From: Candidatus Latescibacterota bacterium
Lineage (GTDB): Bacteria > Krumholzibacteriota > Krumholzibacteriia > WVZY01
DNA length: 64,000 nt
Assembly: GCA_963791045.1 (NCBI GenBank)
Contig: CAWBQK010000018.1
Span: forward strand, 1-64,000
Direction: 5' to 3'
Part shown: positions 63,045 through 64,000 of the stretch, piece after piece
Position numbering within the stretch: the stretch's first letter is position 1
Layout of the letters: each line of letters starts with the position of its first letter
Position numbers and translations under genes: made by a program
The notes under the pieces: model-generated
Database searches by the model: none
What the model was told of the DNA's origin: nothing
Seen by the model: the letters and a program-made list of their open reading frames with translations, nothing else

Positions 63045-64000
63045 ATGGACGACAGGAATAACACCGTCGACGCAAAAACGCGGAAATCCAGATTGATGCA
63101 GGCCCTCGCGCCGTATCAAATACCGAGTATGGCGAGAAGTATTTTTCAGATTGCGAATTCTCTCATTCCTTATGTTGCGCTCTGGTGGCTCGCGTACAGG
63201 CTTCTCGATGTCTCCTATTGGGCGACGCTGGGCGTGTCGGTTCTTGCCGCTGGTTTTCTCGTGCGGTTGTTTATAATCTCGCATGATTGCGGCCACGGAT
63301 CGTTCTTCAAGTCAAAGAAAGCCAACGGCATCGTCGGCAGCATCACCGGTTTCTTCTCGTTTGTCCCGTACTATCGGTGGAAACGCGAACACTCGATTCA
63401 TCACGCCAGTTCGGGTGATCTCGACAATCGCGGTGTGGGCGACATCGAAATGATGACGGTGGCCGAGTACATGGCGCTCCCACGCGGGAAGCGGATTGCG
63501 TACCGGTTGTACCGCAACCCGCTGGTCATGTTTGGTATTGGGCCCTTGTTTATTTTTCTGATTAACCACCGGTTTTTCCCCAAGAACGCGACTCATCGTG
63601 AAAAGCTCAGCGTCATCCGCACAAACATTGCGATGGCCGCCGTGGTTACGATCATGGCGTTGACGATTGGAATCAAAGCGTTCGTGCTCGTCCAACTGCC
63701 GATTATCGCATTCGCCGCGACCGCCGGCGTGTGGCTTTTTTACGTGCAGCACCAGTACGAAGGCGTGTATTGGGAAAGGCATGAGAAGTGGGATTTCCTG
63801 GCACAGGCGCTCGAGGGGAGTTCGTTTTACCGGCTGCCGCGTGTGCTCCAGTGGTTTTCGGGGAACATTGGTTTTCACCACATCCATCACTTGAGCGCGC
63901 GCATTCCCAACTATAACCTGGAACGCTGCCAGAGGGAATTGGCGGAACTTCAGAGCGTGCCGGTATTGACTCTGTCACGAAGCCTCAAGTCGTTGGCGTT
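63045..64000 (+). CDS. Membrane fatty-acid desaturase (Bacillus Des-like); partial at window end and absent from the ORF track
   Basis: ATG 63045 gives MDDRNN...LAPYQIPS; His boxes HDCGH, HSIHH and FHHIHH; FYVQHQ; RIPNY. Confidence 0.92.
   Translation, partial: MDDRNNTVDAKTRKSRLMQALAPYQIPSMARSIFQIANSLIPYVALWWLAYRLLDVSYWATLGVSVLAAGFLVRLFIISHDCGHGSFFKSKKANGIVGSITGFFSFVPYYRWKREHSIHHASSGDLDNRGVGDIEMMTVAEYMALPRGKRIAYRLYRNPLVMFGIGPLFIFLINHRFFPKNATHREKLSVIRTNIAMAAVVTIMALTIGIKAFVLVQLPIIAFAATAGVWLFYVQHQYEGVYWERHEKWDFLAQALEGSSFYRLPRVLQWFSGNIGFHHIHHLSARIPNYNLERCQRELAELQSVPVLTLSRSLKSLA

Overview
This is a 64-kb window of a moderately GC-rich bacterial chromosome. I found no rRNA operon, tRNA, CRISPR array, prophage or IS element. 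Six secreted proteins end in a 'PNPFNP...K-M-x-L-L-K' FlgD-Ig/T9SS-type C-terminal domain, a PorV-like barrel gene follows two of them, and one protein ends in 'SWGAIKSLY'. This points (inference only) to an FCB-associated lineage such as Ca. Krumholzibacteriota, Latescibacterota or Eisenbacteria. Contents: secreted proteases and repeat proteins (M6, M28, papain-like, LVIVD, beta-propeller-like), mmuM, a MacAB-like ABC exporter, an SLC12-like transporter, an XRE regulator divergent from an OmpA-family gene, an alcohol dehydrogenase, an M16 peptidase pair, a nucleotide-sugar dehydrogenase, a DEAD-box helicase, two RRM proteins, FabH, a SlyD-like PPIase, a DUF134/Fe-S ATPase/NifX-like operon, an ABC-F ATPase, outer-membrane barrels and a fatty-acid desaturase cut by the window end. 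Many genes are split by single-base indels, probably sequencing or assembly errors. The main observations are: (1) a free-standing, highly structured ~260-nt transcript at 28.1-28.4 kb with a 15-nt complement of the 16S rRNA 3' end, a 14-codon ORF and an internal anti-SD copy; (2) a TlpA-like selenoprotein (in-frame UGA in a UxxC motif plus a SECIS-like hairpin) that the ORF track splits in two; (3) a promoter and ~200-nt 5' leader conserved between the two RRM genes, with boxes shared by the helicase leader; (4) paired palindromic operators in front of the DUF134 operon and in the XRE/OmpA intergenic region; (5) T9SS-like cargo proteins sharing an unnamed 'DxPxDQGG' module; (6) an in-frame amber codon in one cargo gene.
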